Shown here: piece after piece, positions 13,141-28,100 of the stretch
Layout of the letters: each line of letters opens with the position of its first letter
How positions within the stretch are numbered: the stretch's first letter is position 1
Assembly (NCBI GenBank): GCA_040954595.2
Contig: CM082594.2
Span: 11,536,276-11,600,275, forward strand
Length of the DNA stretch: 64,000 nt
Source of the DNA: Balanoglossus misakiensis
Lineage: Eukaryota > Animalia > Hemichordata
Direction of reading: 5' to 3'
Translations under genes and position numbers: made by a program
The notes under the pieces: generated by a model
Database searches by the model: none
What the model saw: only the letters and a program-made list of their open reading frames with translations
Told to the model about the DNA's origin: nothing

Positions 13141-15668
13141 GTTCTTAAATCAGATGAATGACGTCATCGGCGGGAATACAAAACCCAATGAAGTTTACCC
13201 TGAAAACGAAAATGAGGAATTCCAGTCAATAGTCGAAAAAACACGATTGACGTTGAGGAAAGTTACAAAACGAAAAGGAAGTGAAAGTACGACATAGAGG
13301 GCGACAAAGGCCCAGATAAAAATATACATTTACAGGTGTCTCTTTTAGTCAATTTCCAGTCCATATCAACAAACTGGGGACTCAAAGATACCATCGCGAA
13401 TACACATGCGCAAAGAAGACAATAAAATGCAGACGCTTTGTCTCTCAGCTCGTATTTTGTGAGGACTACATCTTTACAGTACCAGTTTGCTTAGCCTTGA
13501 GAAATGTTAAAGGTCGTGTTATTAAATATTGTATCCCATAAAAACCAATAAATATAGATTAATAACGGAATGAAGAGCTTGCGCGAAATGTATTCAGGTA
13601 CTCGGTAAATATTCAATTCTTCATTCTTGAAGATCCCCATAAATCACAATGAGATATCCAATTTTATCTGACGTTCTGTTTGGTCCGTTCGGTTGAGAGT
13701 AAATAAATTCTTTTAATTCCGCACCGTGGCTTTTGAAACGATGGCAAAGTCCACCCGGGTACAAGGCGTGAACTAAATTTGACAACAGGGTGATTCGGAC
13801 AAAATGAACGTTCCGGTCACAAAGACGGCTTATCACGTGAAATGACACATGTCGTTTTGAAGGAACTGCCCACATGTCGCATTGTATTGGTGAATTGGAG
13901 GCGTCATTCATCAGATATTGCCGAATTTCAATCATACTAAAACTTTAAACATCAACTAAGAATGGCATTCATCATTGGGTAAGATTTGGCGACCATGAAA
14001 TGATTAAAATTAACCACACGAAATCAGCACAAAACAGTCTACTACCAGCTGCAGGTGTCGATGTGCGAAAACGACCAATCATAACAACTGTATCAGGCAG
14101 CCGTCCTTGTGAACTTACCTTTATCACCATTCGCCCATCGGGATTGAACAATGCTGCCCTCGACAATCCAACAATCTCGGCTCGGTGCAGTGGACGACAT
14201 GAGCTCGGAATCTTGGTCTGGTGTCCCACGACGTTGCCGCCGCGAAGGTGCAAGTCGCGAAAAATGAAGTCATAGACATATAGACTTCTCCTGGTTGACA
14301 ACATAGTTAATATTCAATCTTCAATACTGTTATTATATTTATAAATCTTTCGATTCTCTGTCAGGTATGACAGGTTCTTATCGCTCACTTGACAGACGTC
14401 AAATCCTACAAAGGGTGCTCTCCAAGTGCTACGTGTACCGGCCCTCAGTGGCGTGTAAATACAACAAAATTGTCTTTCACCGATTTCTTGTAGTTCATGC
14501 TTTCCTATAATCAGAAATGGACGGAGGGGAAGTCAGTCTTCTCACATAGACACACAACGGAGAAACTGGTTTACCGGCTATTGGCCCATGCTTACATCTC
14601 TTCCAATCGGCCTAACCAGACATAGTAGTCTTGTCCCCTTGACCATGCCGGCCATTCCTCCACTTCGCCACAGGGAAAGGGTCGGTATTGGCTATAGTAA
14701 ACGTGGCTCTCATTGGACAATAATTACGAGCATGGTGATTGGGTGAAACAATTTTTGACGGTGCTACCTTCGAATTTGGAGTTCGTTTGGCAAACAAAAT
14801 ATGCTTTGGTGAAATAAAGCGTGGTTGATTTAAGATTTTATTAAGCCCAAATGTATGGACGATAAAGGCGATTTGATTCGAAAAAACACTATAAGCTGTG
14901 ACTGATAAAAACATAATTTAAAAGGACAGGAATTCCTCCCAAGTCTGCTTAGTTTCTCAATACATGAACTTGTTAAAGTTCGGTTGGTGAAGACAGATCA
15001 AAGTGAAACCGGATTGCTGGACTCACTGGTGGTAAACTTATCACTATAGTACTGTAAATATCGAATTCCTCAAAAAACGAAACAGACGACGACTTTGCAT
15101 ATATTTAAGATATTTGGCAACAGTCGTCTTGTTTTTGACGTCATCGACCGCCGGCGGAAACCTGGAAGTGACGTTGTATCCGTACGGTAACAGGCTCGTT
15201 CCAGACGCATTTTCTGTTTTCATTACAATATCCTGAATTCTGTTCTTATTATACTTTTTGGGGTTGCGCTGAACGCACGGCGTTGACAAGTTGTCTTTAG
15301 GGTTAATGTATTGCATTGAAATAAAGAAAGACAGATAAAATATTGCAAATATTTAAAAGAAAATACACTGGTGTTGCATTTTTGATCTGAAATTACTTCT
15401 GGTAATCATTGCATAATTGTCTTCTTACACTGTAACGCAGAAACCAGCTGGTTACAATATCAGGCGTTAGAAACGATTTCAACAACGATTTGAAATTAAC
15501 ATGAGACAAATACCAAATGGTGATCAAGTTTGAAGAAATAGTTGCCCGTTAAAATCCAAGTGATATATAACTTCGATTAATTATCATCGTCGTCGTCACC
15601 ATAAACCCCTATCCGACAATTAAAAGTGCAAAAGCACACAAAGATATAATTTTAAAGTTCACGTGAAC

Positions 15669-16748
15669 TCATGAGATTACCAGCCTCACTTCCTCTTCTT
15701 TCTGTCTTCTTTCGGCTTCTTCTTTCTGTTGGCAAAGAGCGATTTGCTTCATGTAAACTTTCCACATGTAGCGAAGCCGAAGAGGGTTCTTGTGGTGTGA
15801 CGTGAACAGAGGGTGGTACGAACACGGCTCCTTAAGTCGCGTGTGTTGCGTGAATGTGTCGAAACGCCAGTCGTGGCGGATAGCAATCCCGAGCTTGTCT
15901 AAGGCGATGCCGACAAACACATCCTCCCAGCTGATGAATTTTAAAACCGCTGATATGGAGTGGACCGCTCTGGCCACGTCGTTCGAGAGAACATAACCGG
16001 TCCCTACCAAATATGGCGGGTACTTGTCCTGTTTGTACATCTCCATTGGAGTGTACCATTTATCGGTATGATTCCTAGAGGGCGTAATATTGTGATACGA
16101 GTAGCCGTAGGTGAAACGAGTCCGCGGCATGCTGGACAAATTTTTAGCGAGGGAGTAATAGTTGACGAAGACATCGTCGTCTGTTTTCAAAATGTACGTG
16201 GCATTCGGACAGAAGTCGATTGCCCACCTGAAACCCATCAGTGTCTTCAAAGTCAGATTCAAATAATGCTCCTCAAAATCGAACTGAACGATGTCCTTGT
16301 ATCGGACGCTTTCGTCTTGTATGAGTCTCATCATCCGGGTATCCTCAGTTTTTGCGAGAAGAAACACTGTGACTATCCTTTTACTTCCGGTCTGCTTGAC
16401 GCTTGCCCAAGTATCCCGGATGGCTTTGCGCTCTTTCACGTGTTTCGGAGCGGTCGTCACCAAGCCGAGCAAAAACACGTCATCTCCGGTACATCGTTCC
16501 GACTCGTCAATAATATAAGTATATACATCTAAATTAATTTTTGACCCAGTCAGATTATTCGTGTTGTTATAAGTCGGCTTTCTCTCATCATCTGTACTGT
16601 CGAAAAACCACCTGTTTTGGCGCCCGAAATAAAATCCCGAAGCTGCATTTGAAGAACTCTTCGCGGACCGGAAGTAATAACTAACATAAAAGACAATGTT
16701 GGCTATATAGATAATAGCGACTATAAGAATGATTCTTTCCAATTTCAT
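15669..16748 (-). CDS. GT31 beta-1,3-galactosyltransferase-like protein, paralogue 3 (359 aa, charged C-terminal tail)
   Basis: TM anchor; RKAIRDTW, EHYLNLTLKT, KTDDDVF, DKWY, YPPYLVGTGY, WEDVFVG; acceptor ttcttttttcag (exon starts ~16773). Confidence 0.93.
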   Translation of the reverse strand: MKLERIILIVAIIYIANIVFYVSYYFRSAKSSSNAASGFYFGRQNRWFFDSTDDERKPTYNNTNNLTGSKINLDVYTYIIDESERCTGDDVFLLGLVTTAPKHVKERKAIRDTWASVKQTGSKRIVTVFLLAKTEDTRMMRLIQDESVRYKDIVQFDFEEHYLNLTLKTLMGFRWAIDFCPNATYILKTDDDVFVNYYSLAKNLSSMPRTRFTYGYSYHNITPSRNHTDKWYTPMEMYKQDKYPPYLVGTGYVLSNDVARAVHSISAVLKFISWEDVFVGIALDKLGIAIRHDWRFDTFTQHTRLKEPCSYHPLFTSHHKNPLRLRYMWKVYMKQIALCQQKEEAERRQKEEEVRLVIS

Positions 16749-19700
16749 AGTCTCTTCACGAAATCCAGGTTACCTGAAAAAAGAACAAAAATTTAGCTGT
16801 AAACATCTATCAAGTGGAAAATAGCTGGCACTGTTTCTTGTTCTGCGCCTGTTCGGGGGGCATCATTGTAAAACGACAATATGGCTCCAATGTTATGGCT
16901 CACTGGCAATAAATTTTATGATTCTACAGTGATCATTTCATTTTTACATCATATGTAGATTTTATCTTTCCGTGTATGGCAGGTGTTCGAATTATTCATG
17001 AAAATATGTTCTGCATCCCTGACTATCTCGAGTGGCGAAACTTCAGAAGAGAAGTCGAAACGATTTTTTAAAAACGACCGTGCAAATGGTAATAACGTTT
17101 TAATATCGCTGTAATTTTCCTTACATCAGGCGATTTCCCATCTCAAGAAGTGTGATAATAAATCAAACCGCTTTAACGTAAAACGAAAATCGATAGTAAA
17201 ATCTCGTGCAATACTCATGCAGTCTCGTTACCATACGTGACGTCATCACGCCAGGAAAAACGTCCTTCTGGCTTCATTTGAATGATCCGGAGTTGAACAA
17301 ATGTTGTTGGTCAAAACAAAAATATCACACCATGTTAGCGGAGTTCTCAAATCTGTCTACCACAAATGAGACTCTATTTTTATCTTGGTATCCGTGTTTT
17401 TCACGAGTGTCCAGGAAATTTGAAATCTGTCAGATGTACATCCGGGTCTGGTGTTGGTAATTTTACAGGTACGTGCGGGGCATTTCGAACGTTTGACAGG
17501 AAATTACCACATTGCTATAAAGTGCATAGTTTTACAAAGCAAAAAACTAAAGACCATAAACGCGTGGATGTACGCGGTTGAAGTGTTTTCTTCTGGAATT
17601 AGACGTCTGCAGTGGTTCGTTAGAAACTGTACTTAAACAAGTTGTACAATGATCAACTCCACGGGTGCCATGATATTTAAATTAAGGTTTTCTAACCCTT
17701 TGACGAATAAAATACCTGGATACCTAAGATTTACGACGTTGCAGTTGTCCACATATTGCTGGTTGCTATGGTAATGCTGTATTGAGTACATTTCTACCGT
17801 CACGTCCTGGCGTTACGATTTATTGTTCTCATTCTTTGATCACAAATTGTCGTTTAGGATCACTAAACCTTCCGTGTATGTGTGTTTCAACAAAATTGTA
17901 TGTGTCTGAGAGTTGCAAGTCAAAAGGCAGCAGACATGGTGGATTGGGATAATGGCGGTCATTACAATCAATGGCTTTGTGTCAAAATAAAACAAACCCG
18001 GTTTCACGTAGACTTAGGGGATGTAGAAATTGTTCGATATAAGCTGGCAACAGAAACAGCAAACATATAAGTCTCATGCAGAACACGCGGACAAATTGCA
18101 GCCACAAACGATAGCATACCGAGGGATTTTCTACTGTAAGCATCTTGACATTCTCGTTTACCGCCAATAACAGAAGTTTTATTTGCTTGCAGATACCGCC
18201 ATAACATACCAAAGTAATTACGCAAGTTGGAACATGAGCAACCCATCTGTATCAAATATCAAAATGCCATGCTTAAATTGAATTATATGGTTTCGTCAAA
18301 TGGGGTGACCAGACATCAAAGTTGCAATTGGACGAGAAGGAAAATATTTTGAGCAGAAACAGAGATTTAGGCTCCGATTGATTTTATGTATGTCTAGAAA
18401 AGTATGGAGAGAAATCGCCGTCGTGTTATTCATGAATATATGCAGCAACTTCCTCGTTCGTGCAAGAATGTTATTAAAATACATAGAATTGATGACGTCA
18501 TATCCGTGTAAATCACGCTTTCAATATTGTACAGGTATAGCGTAAAACACTTCTCTTTAACTCTTACTTCATGTATTTAAAATGATGAATGGTTGCACAG
18601 TGCTCAATTTTGGACAGACGTCTTTTATTTTTATCACAGTTCGAAATCAAAATAAGGATATCGCATGAACGTTCAAACAAGTGTGGAATAATGGTTTGAG
18701 TGAGGTGGTGGTGACTGGACCACCGTGGTCATTACTCGAGTAATTACAGTCATTAACTCGTAAGTTATTAAAATTTCCCTTCGTGGGCTCATTTCAAGCA
18801 TTACGAAATATATTCTCTGATTCTCTGCTCTGCCTGTGTGTACATGTATATCTCCTTTGGGCTTTTCTATCAGCATCGAGTGGCGTGTCAGAGAATTAAT
18901 ATGTTCCCCATCTTGTGATTAATGGAACTATAAAACAGGTATAATTTATGGCTCTTATTTCAGCTTCATGTGGGAAAAATTGGGAAAAGCTTGAGTTCAA
19001 TGGAAAAATACAACACTTCACTTTTGAGAATGTTCAGGACCCATACATCAGAGCGCTACCAAGTGACTCATAAAATTGTGACCCGACCCCATCCAGTACT
19101 GGTCGTTTGTATATATGCCGCGTGGCCAAGTTGCCTGACCTTTAACCACCACTTCTAATCACTTTCTAACTTTCTAATAATAACACTCTTTCAATAATCT
19201 TTAAATGTTAATACTAGTAGATGGGGACAAGTGGCGTCATTTTGTTGTTCAGAGGCCCGTCCTTCCACCAACTGTGCACTGACTGAAAGGAAACGATATG
19301 CGTTGCTCACTTGGTCGCGGTATGTATGCTGACATCATTCATGACACTTGTCAAACAAAGACATCCGGGGTTAAGGCCAAAACGGATGAGTAGATGAGAG
19401 CCTACCAGGTCACTGGGGCGCTCTACTGTCTAAGGTCGCGCCCAAGGACAAATAATTCAAATGATACCCAATGGTACAAGAGGATGCTTACATTGGCTTT
19501 CTTACCGTGTAAGCCAACGTGAAACTGCCTCCAATATTGACTTTTGTTTCCGACGACCGTCTTGCAAAAGATCACGTGACGATTGCCCCTTCTTTTAGAG
19601 AACCAATTTTACTCCAACTACCGTTACATTGGCATCAAAAACCACCACTATCTTTGGACAATATTTGACTAGTATCTCGGGGTCAATAAGTTATATAATT

Positions 19701-22474
19701 TATATATTTAATTACACTTTGTTAGTACATTCTTACCAAACCCCACGTTAGAGACAAGTCGCGGTGAGATCTCATTTCGTACTCAACAGTACTGCCGATG
19801 CCGCCTTGATCACTTCTTAATTTGTGCTGATACAACAAAATAAATGACGACATAATGCGAACAAGATTCCGCCGACTGCACGACTAAACCGAACGTGCCC
19901 AATTCTTTGAGTCCGTGCTCTTTGCTGCCATAATGGCTGAGGTCTGCACTTCTAATATCATACAATATAAATGCTATTGCACAGATACGATTCCAATTGG
20001 GCACTATATTAGTTGCGGCAGCTGACGTGCCTGGTGATCGCCGTACTTATCAGACTATATTCAATGCATTTACATCAATTTCTGTTTACCGATGGCAGAT
20101 TTATTTGGCTAATGGTTAAAAATTGATGTAAGTAAATGTGTTTGACATTCTCGCGTCAGTCTTAGCACACTGTGATATTTGCCTGGCCCACAAGAGATTC
20201 TTGTATTAATTGAAATCTTAAGATGGTTTAGTCGAATGACCCATATCTTCAAGTTAAAGGGCAACATAATTTCCCGTGTCACGTCACGACGACATACCGA
20301 GTTATTCACTTAAACGCAGAACGAGAATATGCGCTTGAGCACACATGTGTTTATGGCCTAATGCAGTTAAATAAAAAACCTTGTTTAGTGGGATAATAAC
20401 ATTGAGCTGAGGCAAGGCAGTGTGACTTTCGTCGGAAAGTTGTTGTGGAACGTTTCTTCAACGGGAGATCTGTAATTAGGGCCCGGACCAGGACACGGTC
20501 AGGGCGCCGTCGTAATTGCGGGGTTCAGTCACGAATGACACGAAGAAGCTTCAAGCGTGTGGTCATCGCAGGTCAAATGTTCAAGGCTAGAAGCATGTAA
20601 CATTGCCCAGTGGGGACAGGATATGCAAGCTTGTGGTGCATAGGAACCAACGCATCATTGAGCTCAATCACATGAGGAGGGGAGGGGGCCCACAGCGCAA
20701 CCATTTGGGCAACTAATACTGTACCTAATGTTTCTGCGTTGTTTTTAACGTTATCTTGAGATACTTAGAGCGAATGATTTAAAGTGAAATAAGGTCAGGC
20801 TAACATGGAGATATCAGAACTTCGAATCCGGCGTACAGTTTGGTCGCCATTGTGAGAGAATGAGTAAAGACACATGAACAGTGCTGTTTGCACCCACCAC
20901 TAAACTAGGCCACGGAGGTCTCTCCTTCACAGATCAACCTGCGTTGCCTATACCCGTACAAATTATGGACCATCTGTGTCAATGACAATCTGAAGGATAG
21001 AAAGACTTACCCTTTATCGACGTACTGTGTTAAATATGGAAGTGATCAAAGCAGGATGTGGACGAATTTCATGGTGTGACGTCACACTGGTAGTAGGACC
21101 TTAGACCTTACTGTATACAATGGTTTAGTGTGCACCCGACCGAAAACTTAGAGCAGCTGACGTGTTGAAGTCCCCGACTTAACAGCGTCTGAAAAATGTG
21201 CCGCGTGGAAACGTGAGGCTTTCCAGTTTATGAGGTGTGCGTACAGACGACTGGCAGTGCTGTAGGAGACGATAGTTATCCGGCATATATCATTCAAAAA
21301 CGTCGGAAGCGATTTGGCGGTCTTTGCCTGAAGATTATTTCTGACCGCGGAGGACACCACGTCACGTCACGAGGTTGGCAGAGGGCTCACTATATAGCCA
21401 GCCTGTCAAACATTAACAACGTCAGCAGTTAAGACTCGCTAAGCTTACGTTCGTGTTTGTGGCGTTGGTAACGCATGGCAAATGCTTGCCGGGAATATAT
21501 TAAATATTTTAAGAATTTAGATGGACGTAAAGAGTTTTTGACGACTTTTTGATTTTTGCACAAATGTAGCATTTTCGTCCCAGTGGACACAGTCCTGAGG
21601 ATTTATAGAAAAAACTGATGTGGCTCCATCCATGTCCGCAGGCTCACCACAGTCAGTCATCCGTGTTAATTAAAGTTACTTTCCTGACTTTTTTTTATCC
21701 AAAATGTCATGGAATCGATCAAATCGTTGGCGATATCTCCGATCTCCACAACATGTGTGACGACATCTGCAATTTCCCATGCTCCCGCTCCCACATGCAC
21801 AAACAAGAAATGGAGTGAAGAAGGCAACTTATTACAAATCGCAGCAATAGTGCGATGCCGCCGACAGGCACCGAAATGTAATGTCAACACTCACCAACGC
21901 ACGGCGCTGAACTTAATCATCTGCACGTTTCACTCCTATTAGACTGAATAAATCTCGTACCAAATTGATTTTAATTTGAATTCCTAGCAACAAAATTTTT
22001 ATGGGAGAATATAATACCCGACGATGGCATAACAAAGCATTTCGTTAAAATTGTTTTCGTGCTCAACTTTCTCCAGCACCAGTATCAATTTCGCCCTCCA
22101 GTGTTTATTAACCTAGAAACCTGTTCTTTCATTGTTCAGTGGCGCATGCTTTCTTGTTGTTGGAAATACAGTTCTGCATGATGAATGGGGACTTGATAAG
22201 CACTGACTGAACTCTGTGCCCCTTTAATACACAGAGTATCCCCGGGGTAAGATTTATAAAACTAGTCTTTACATACACAAACTACATGTACTATATTTGC
22301 TGTCGTCTGCTGGGAACAGTCGAGGCGAAGACTGAAAACAAGTGCGTATACCATCGTCGCAAACCGCAGACCTCTTTACGGCAAACTGACACTTGCGTTA
22401 CCACGAATATTTATAGTCATGTATTTGCTTATTTGTATACGCAAATTTTATAATTAACGAAATCTTCAACTTAC

Positions 22475-22656
22475 CTTCAATGTTATAATATTTCGTTCCA
22501 GCCGACATAGATCTGTGATCCAAGTGTATTTTGTGCTGACTAAGTCCCTTGCATAATTCCTTTTACCTTTGCTTTCTGTAGGGCTGCATTATAAAGACTT
22601 CATTTGTCCATTTCAAAACACTCCTCCATTTCAATAATAAACCGACCGATGAACAC
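22475..22656 (-). other. Candidate non-coding 5' UTR exon, probably of GT31 paralogue 3
   Basis: Acceptor gtgtttccttgtag and donor AAG|GTAAGT; all three frames closed; AAAATGGCCG motif upstream at ~23760. Confidence 0.35.
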
Positions 22657-24154
22657 CTACAAGGAAACACCAGTGGAATTCATGACACGTATAAAACACT
22701 TTCCTGTACACGACTCTCTGAAATGAATGCTATGAATCAATATATATGTATTGTCGCCTTTGACTTCAGTTCAGATGTGGGCAAAGAGATCGATTATCAC
22801 AATATAAGGACTAGTGGAACCTGATTAAAATCAGCCACGACTCTGCTCGCCGCTGATACTAAGAGTATGGAGAGAGACAACGACAGATTCCTGAAAACGA
22901 AATTCACCGCTGGTGGCGCTAAATGTGCAGGGCATGTTGCTTTTGATGTGAATGCATTTCTCTCAATGATGACGTCAGTATGGCAATCGATGCTTTTTAT
23001 GGACAATGTTGGCAAGCCGAACATACTACTTCATGGTAAGACACTGTACATTGAGGGGAAACCCACTGTATGGATGCAAATACGTTTTTCATTTTATTTC
23101 ACATGATCTTTCTTTCAGATAAAACTGCCAATACTGGCAATTACTCGCCCTTTAATGCAAAACTGTATTTTTTTAAAGGAAGTAAAAACACTTAATTAAA
23201 ACGTCTCCTACAATCCCTCAGAACAGCTGCTGCCCTGAACACTGAGGTACTCAGTGTCTGTGTAAAACGGACCAAACAGACTTCTCTTTCGTGGAAGAAA
23301 AACCACAACTACTTCGGAAAACTACGGTAAAATGCCATAGACATCTGGTCTAGACAATTATCTCTTGAAATAAATACAGACTGCAAATAAATAACACAAC
23401 GTATCAAACTACTGTAAAATGTCATATAAAATTTTCATCCGTTCTTTACTGTCCATTAATATACATGGACATGGGCGGGGGAAGCTCAGCTTTTTTGTCG
23501 TCAAATCCTGGTTACATATATTAAAAATCCGATAGTTAAATACCAAAAATCTTTTTAGAGTTATAAACAGGAAGTTTACATGTGAAAACATGATCGGAAG
23601 TTATGACGAAAGAAACAGAACTGTCACAATGCGTCACCCTTCTCACTTCTACTTTCAGAATCAAAGTTTCGAACACTAACGGGACGAGCAGAATGTTTTC
23701 GAATCTCGAAGAGATGTAGTCCTGGTCCGACGGTGGAATTCTTGTAATTTGCTCGGCCATTTTGTTTAGGTCTCTGTTGTTTTCTTCTTCTGAATTGACA
23801 GAGACGGTCATTGAGGACGCAGTTATTAGGTTGAAGCAGAAATGGATAGCTAACCTACACACAGTGGCGCAGGTCTCTAGATCTGGCCTGCAACAACAAA
23901 ACCTGGCTGACAAATTTTCAATATGCAAATAAATATCTCACCGTTCCTGTGACGAGGAAAGTTGTCTGTAATCATTACTGTTGTTATTTCCCTGCTCAGT
24001 GTAGAGAACCTCTGCCTGGGATACACGTGTACGACTTGATTCCATTATGAAAACCGGTGATGAGCGTGATCAAGCGATTGACAATCAAATGTTTCAAGTG
24101 GTTCTGTATTTCTTAGAGTTGAACGACAGCACGTGTGCTACTTGTAAGTAAATG

Positions 24155-25132
24155 TCATGGCTGGGTCACCAGTTCCATGTAAGGACTGCACCTGGGGTCC
24201 TGGTCTTCTTGAATATACTTATTCCACATCAACGTTATATTTTTGGGATCCATGTTGTGTACAGCGAAAACCCTGTGCAGCGGACACGTCACGTTCTTCT
24301 TGTATTCGACTGAGTACGTATCGAACCGCCGGTCCATCGCTGGGGTCACCCTGATCTTCTTCAAGCACATCCCAACAAATACGTCCTCCCACGGCAGAAA
24401 CGTCACTTCCGCACCGCGCAAGTGTACTCTGTAGGCCACATCACGTGACATGACGTAGGCGGTACCAGCTAAATATGGAGGATAGACTCTGGATGGGTAG
24501 ACTTTTCTTGAGGTGTACCACTTCGATTTTCTCCAGCGGATGGGTATAGCCTTGGGAAACTTGTGTCCGATTGCAAAGTTTGTCCTGGGCTTTCCTATGA
24601 GAAAAGTGGCTAAAGAAAAATAGTTGACGAAAACGTCGTCGTCCGCCTTCAAAACATAGTCCACTCTTGGGCAGTACTTTGTCACCAACTGCAAACTTTG
24701 TACAGTCTTATAGGTTAGGTTTAAGTAACTGTCCTTGAAGTTCAAACACACCATGTCCTTGAAGATATCATTTTCTCTTTGTGCACTTTCTCTTAGCGCC
24801 AAATCATCGGTCTCGGCAAGAACAAAAATGTGGTGAATCTTTTTCCCGAACACCTGTTTAACACCTCCCCAGCTGTTGCGTATTGCCACCCGTTGTAAAA
24901 AATTCTTATGTTGCGTCATCACCATGGTGACGAGGAAGACGTCACTGTCGCAGAATTTGGTAGTTTCATTGTAACTGACATTGAGGGGCAAATGGTACAG
25001 CTCCTTATAAGTGTATTGGCTGTTGTTACTAATTATCTCCTCAATCGCCGGAATGATGAAACGCAGAAAGGCTGCGCAGATGCTAAACAGGAGCAGATAT
25101 GCAAATGAGGTTGTTCTTCTAACCAGTCTCAT
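24155..25132 (-). CDS. GT31 beta-1,3-galactosyltransferase-like protein, paralogue 4 (325 aa from ATG MRLVRR)
   Basis: TM anchor; RVAIRNSW, DSYLNLTYKT, KADDDVF, SKWY, YPPYLAGTAY, WEDVFVG; ORF-track start 25144 is GTG, first in-frame ATG at 25132; acceptor ctttttcttctag (exon starts ~25173). Confidence 0.92.
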   Translation of the reverse strand: MRLVRRTTSFAYLLLFSICAAFLRFIIPAIEEIISNNSQYTYKELYHLPLNVSYNETTKFCDSDVFLVTMVMTQHKNFLQRVAIRNSWGGVKQVFGKKIHHIFVLAETDDLALRESAQRENDIFKDMVCLNFKDSYLNLTYKTVQSLQLVTKYCPRVDYVLKADDDVFVNYFSLATFLIGKPRTNFAIGHKFPKAIPIRWRKSKWYTSRKVYPSRVYPPYLAGTAYVMSRDVAYRVHLRGAEVTFLPWEDVFVGMCLKKIRVTPAMDRRFDTYSVEYKKNVTCPLHRVFAVHNMDPKNITLMWNKYIQEDQDPRCSPYMELVTQP

Positions 25133-28100
25133 TTTGTCGTTCACATCATTTCGACCATTACATGACCTATGACCTAGAAGAAAAAGACAGAATATGGTCT
25201 TGGATTGTACATGACATGTCCCTTTATTGGCTTGTGAGTGAACAATGAATTCGAGACTTAACTTTTATTTCCCATGCGTAAAAAGCAATAAATTACCAAC
25301 ACGCTGTCGTAATTATTTCCTTGATTACCTCTGTGGAGGGGGGCAATTAATGAACAAAAGTTTTACTTTAAGGCTTGGGCGCTTGTTGCTGGGACAACGA
25401 TGAGAGGAAGCCACCAATTGAAGGTTCACGGAATATATCAAGTGTCCGCTGAAAAGCGTTGCTATGAGGTCGATATTGTTGCCATGGCTGCCAATGCACC
25501 CGATATAGTGCTATAAGAGGTTTTACATGTAGTTGTCTTGGTAACCAAGGAGGAGGCGCCGCTGGACGCGTATCTTTAAGTACGTCACGTGATTGATTGA
25601 ATGTGCAATTGGCGTGAAGATATAACGAGCAACCGTGATGGAGGCGATTGTCGTTCCAAGACGTTTTTCACGAGAACTCGAGTGCGGATACTTCAAAACA
25701 AGCAAGCGAATCTGAGTTTGTCAACATGAAACATAATTTTCGTGAAGTCTCCCGCGCCAATTAGATTACGCTCGCCCCAATGACAGCTTTCAGATTGAAA
25801 TCAGGTTCCTGGAAAATGTCAGTTTATGACGAAAGACGGTGACATAAATATCTAAAGTCTCCACTGACAGACCACTAAACACTGCACTCAGATTGTATCT
25901 ACTGCCCTGAAACTGGTTCGAGTTTATATCTCTTCTAACTGTTTAGGGTACAATACTGTTGAATCTCTCGATTACAGGCAGAATTCGATTGTAATGCCCG
26001 GATAGGGAGATTTTTTTCAAAGTAATTACCAGTATGACAGACGGTGTGCCATGTGGTACTTTTTGTACTGAAAGATCGCCTTTCCTAATAATACATCTAA
26101 TTCAGAAAATACAGGGTACATTGTACATGTATATCATTAGTCTTACACGCTATCAGCCTTTTTGTCCACCACATTTTCACAAAGAGACGAGGTTACAGGT
26201 AAGAATTTCGGCCTAAAAGCCACTTTTCAACCATTTCACTAATTGATACCAATAAAAAAGTTAACCATTTTTATCACCAAATGACGGTCATTCCAAATAA
26301 TGACAATAATACTCAGTTAGAAATTACAGGGTATATGCTTTGTGTGTAGTCACTGAGCACCTGCTGTCTGGTTGAAATTATTTTTAGACAATTTGGAAGC
26401 ATGATCACACCTACTAGGCAGAGCATTTCAAACACGCTTTGAGCGGTCAGGACGCATGTAAATGACTTGTTGACAAGTAGAAAACTAGGCATTAAATATA
26501 AGACACAAGGACCACAAGAAAGCAGTGACAAGCTAGCAGATGCAGTGTACCTTTGTGACCCATTCAGAAATGTCATGCCACGAAAATCCGGAGTTCAAGG
26601 ACACTGTCGTCATATTGTCAGTGTTATCCTTATCAGTGATGACGTCATATAACAGAGCAAATACGGCCACGCCTGATGTCAGGCTAGCTATTTGATAACC
26701 ACATCCATCTTTTAATAATGCGTGGAAAAATAGACTATGGCTTCATCGCCGGCCGTCTGTGCCATCGTATGGGGACCATAATTAGAATAGGAATAGAAAA
26801 CGATACCTTCATTTTAATCAGACGAGCAGGTTTGACAAAACCTCCACATCAGTATAGTCAGCTCCATGTGTTGAAGCACTCGATGTCACTTTTCGTGAAT
26901 TGTACTCCCGCCGCTGTTTTCGCCCGGGAGAAATACAGCTATCCGTAAAAGCTGCAATTGGCATCCGCTTCTAGTACACATCATCAGTGCTCGGGTTCTC
27001 TCGTCTGGCCATGCGCATTATCTGTTTGGTAAGTACAGGAAATGAGGTTATGATTATCAGACCGCCTTGAGGGCCGCTCTACATATACGTGCACTTCAAA
27101 AGAACATGCCAAGCTTTGAAACAAATCAGAACATGTGGTTTACTCGTTAAGGCCACTGGAGAATTTTTCGGCTGTAGTGGACTTTTTCATTTCATTACGG
27201 AAGGAGGGAAGCTATGAGGGACCATTCAGTCAGTATGGGCGGGGCGGTGACGTACTGGCCTCCTCACCCGTTGCAGGAAACAAATTCTCTGAGATTCACA
27301 AAACAGATTTGAGATATTTACTAGAAAACCCGTTTGTTTTATTTGTTGGCTTAGCCCAATATCGCTTTCCGCGTTGTCAGTCCAATAACGCGTGAGTCCG
27401 TTAAGACCAGGCTGCAGTCACCACTTACTGATGCGGACTTGGCAAAAGCGCCCACGGTATTTGAAAACAATTCGCACTCTGGTATTGCCTACCCAACCCC
27501 CGGTCATCATAACTGAACGCTCCCTAACTGGTGTGTCAACAATCGTGTTTTGTCCTAACAATACCTTGAATTAGGTAAAACTTTCACAGTGAGGACAACA
27601 AGAAGTTCGCGACAGTGCTACAAAATGTCGCATACTTCTACAGGATATTAACTGAGGAAGTTGTGAATGAAAAAATACATCGGGGGTTTGTACCCCCTTG
27701 GTGATGGTTGGTCGGTTTGTTCAAATGTATTTGCGTTAGTAAAAAAGCTGTTGAAACCCAGGCGCACGACATTGTGTTGACGTCGAATCTGTCTTTGATT
27801 ATACAATACTCAAAACAGATTTCATCTATGAATTTACAATGGACTTCAAATCCCATTTTCATAAATAATCTGTTCCGTGAGAGATGTTTCCTAAAACTCG
27901 TTGCACGCCCTCAATAGAATTGATAAGGGTTCAATTATCCCAAGGATGGCTTTATCTGTTAGCGATATGTAATGTAACGTCTTCTTCCCAAAGCAGCGTG
28001 AAACATCAGACTCTTTTTTGTCATTGGCTGGCAGACTCCAGATAAAGCAGTGTGTGCTAGAAATTCTTGTCAGAAATATACTCGATTCGGTTAGCACTAT

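Noticed and set aside
15960-16532. 130-190-aa ORFs antisense to GT31 genes (also 12493-12897 and 52282-52674)
   Set aside because: Shadow ORFs of real coding sequence, with no recognisable motifs.
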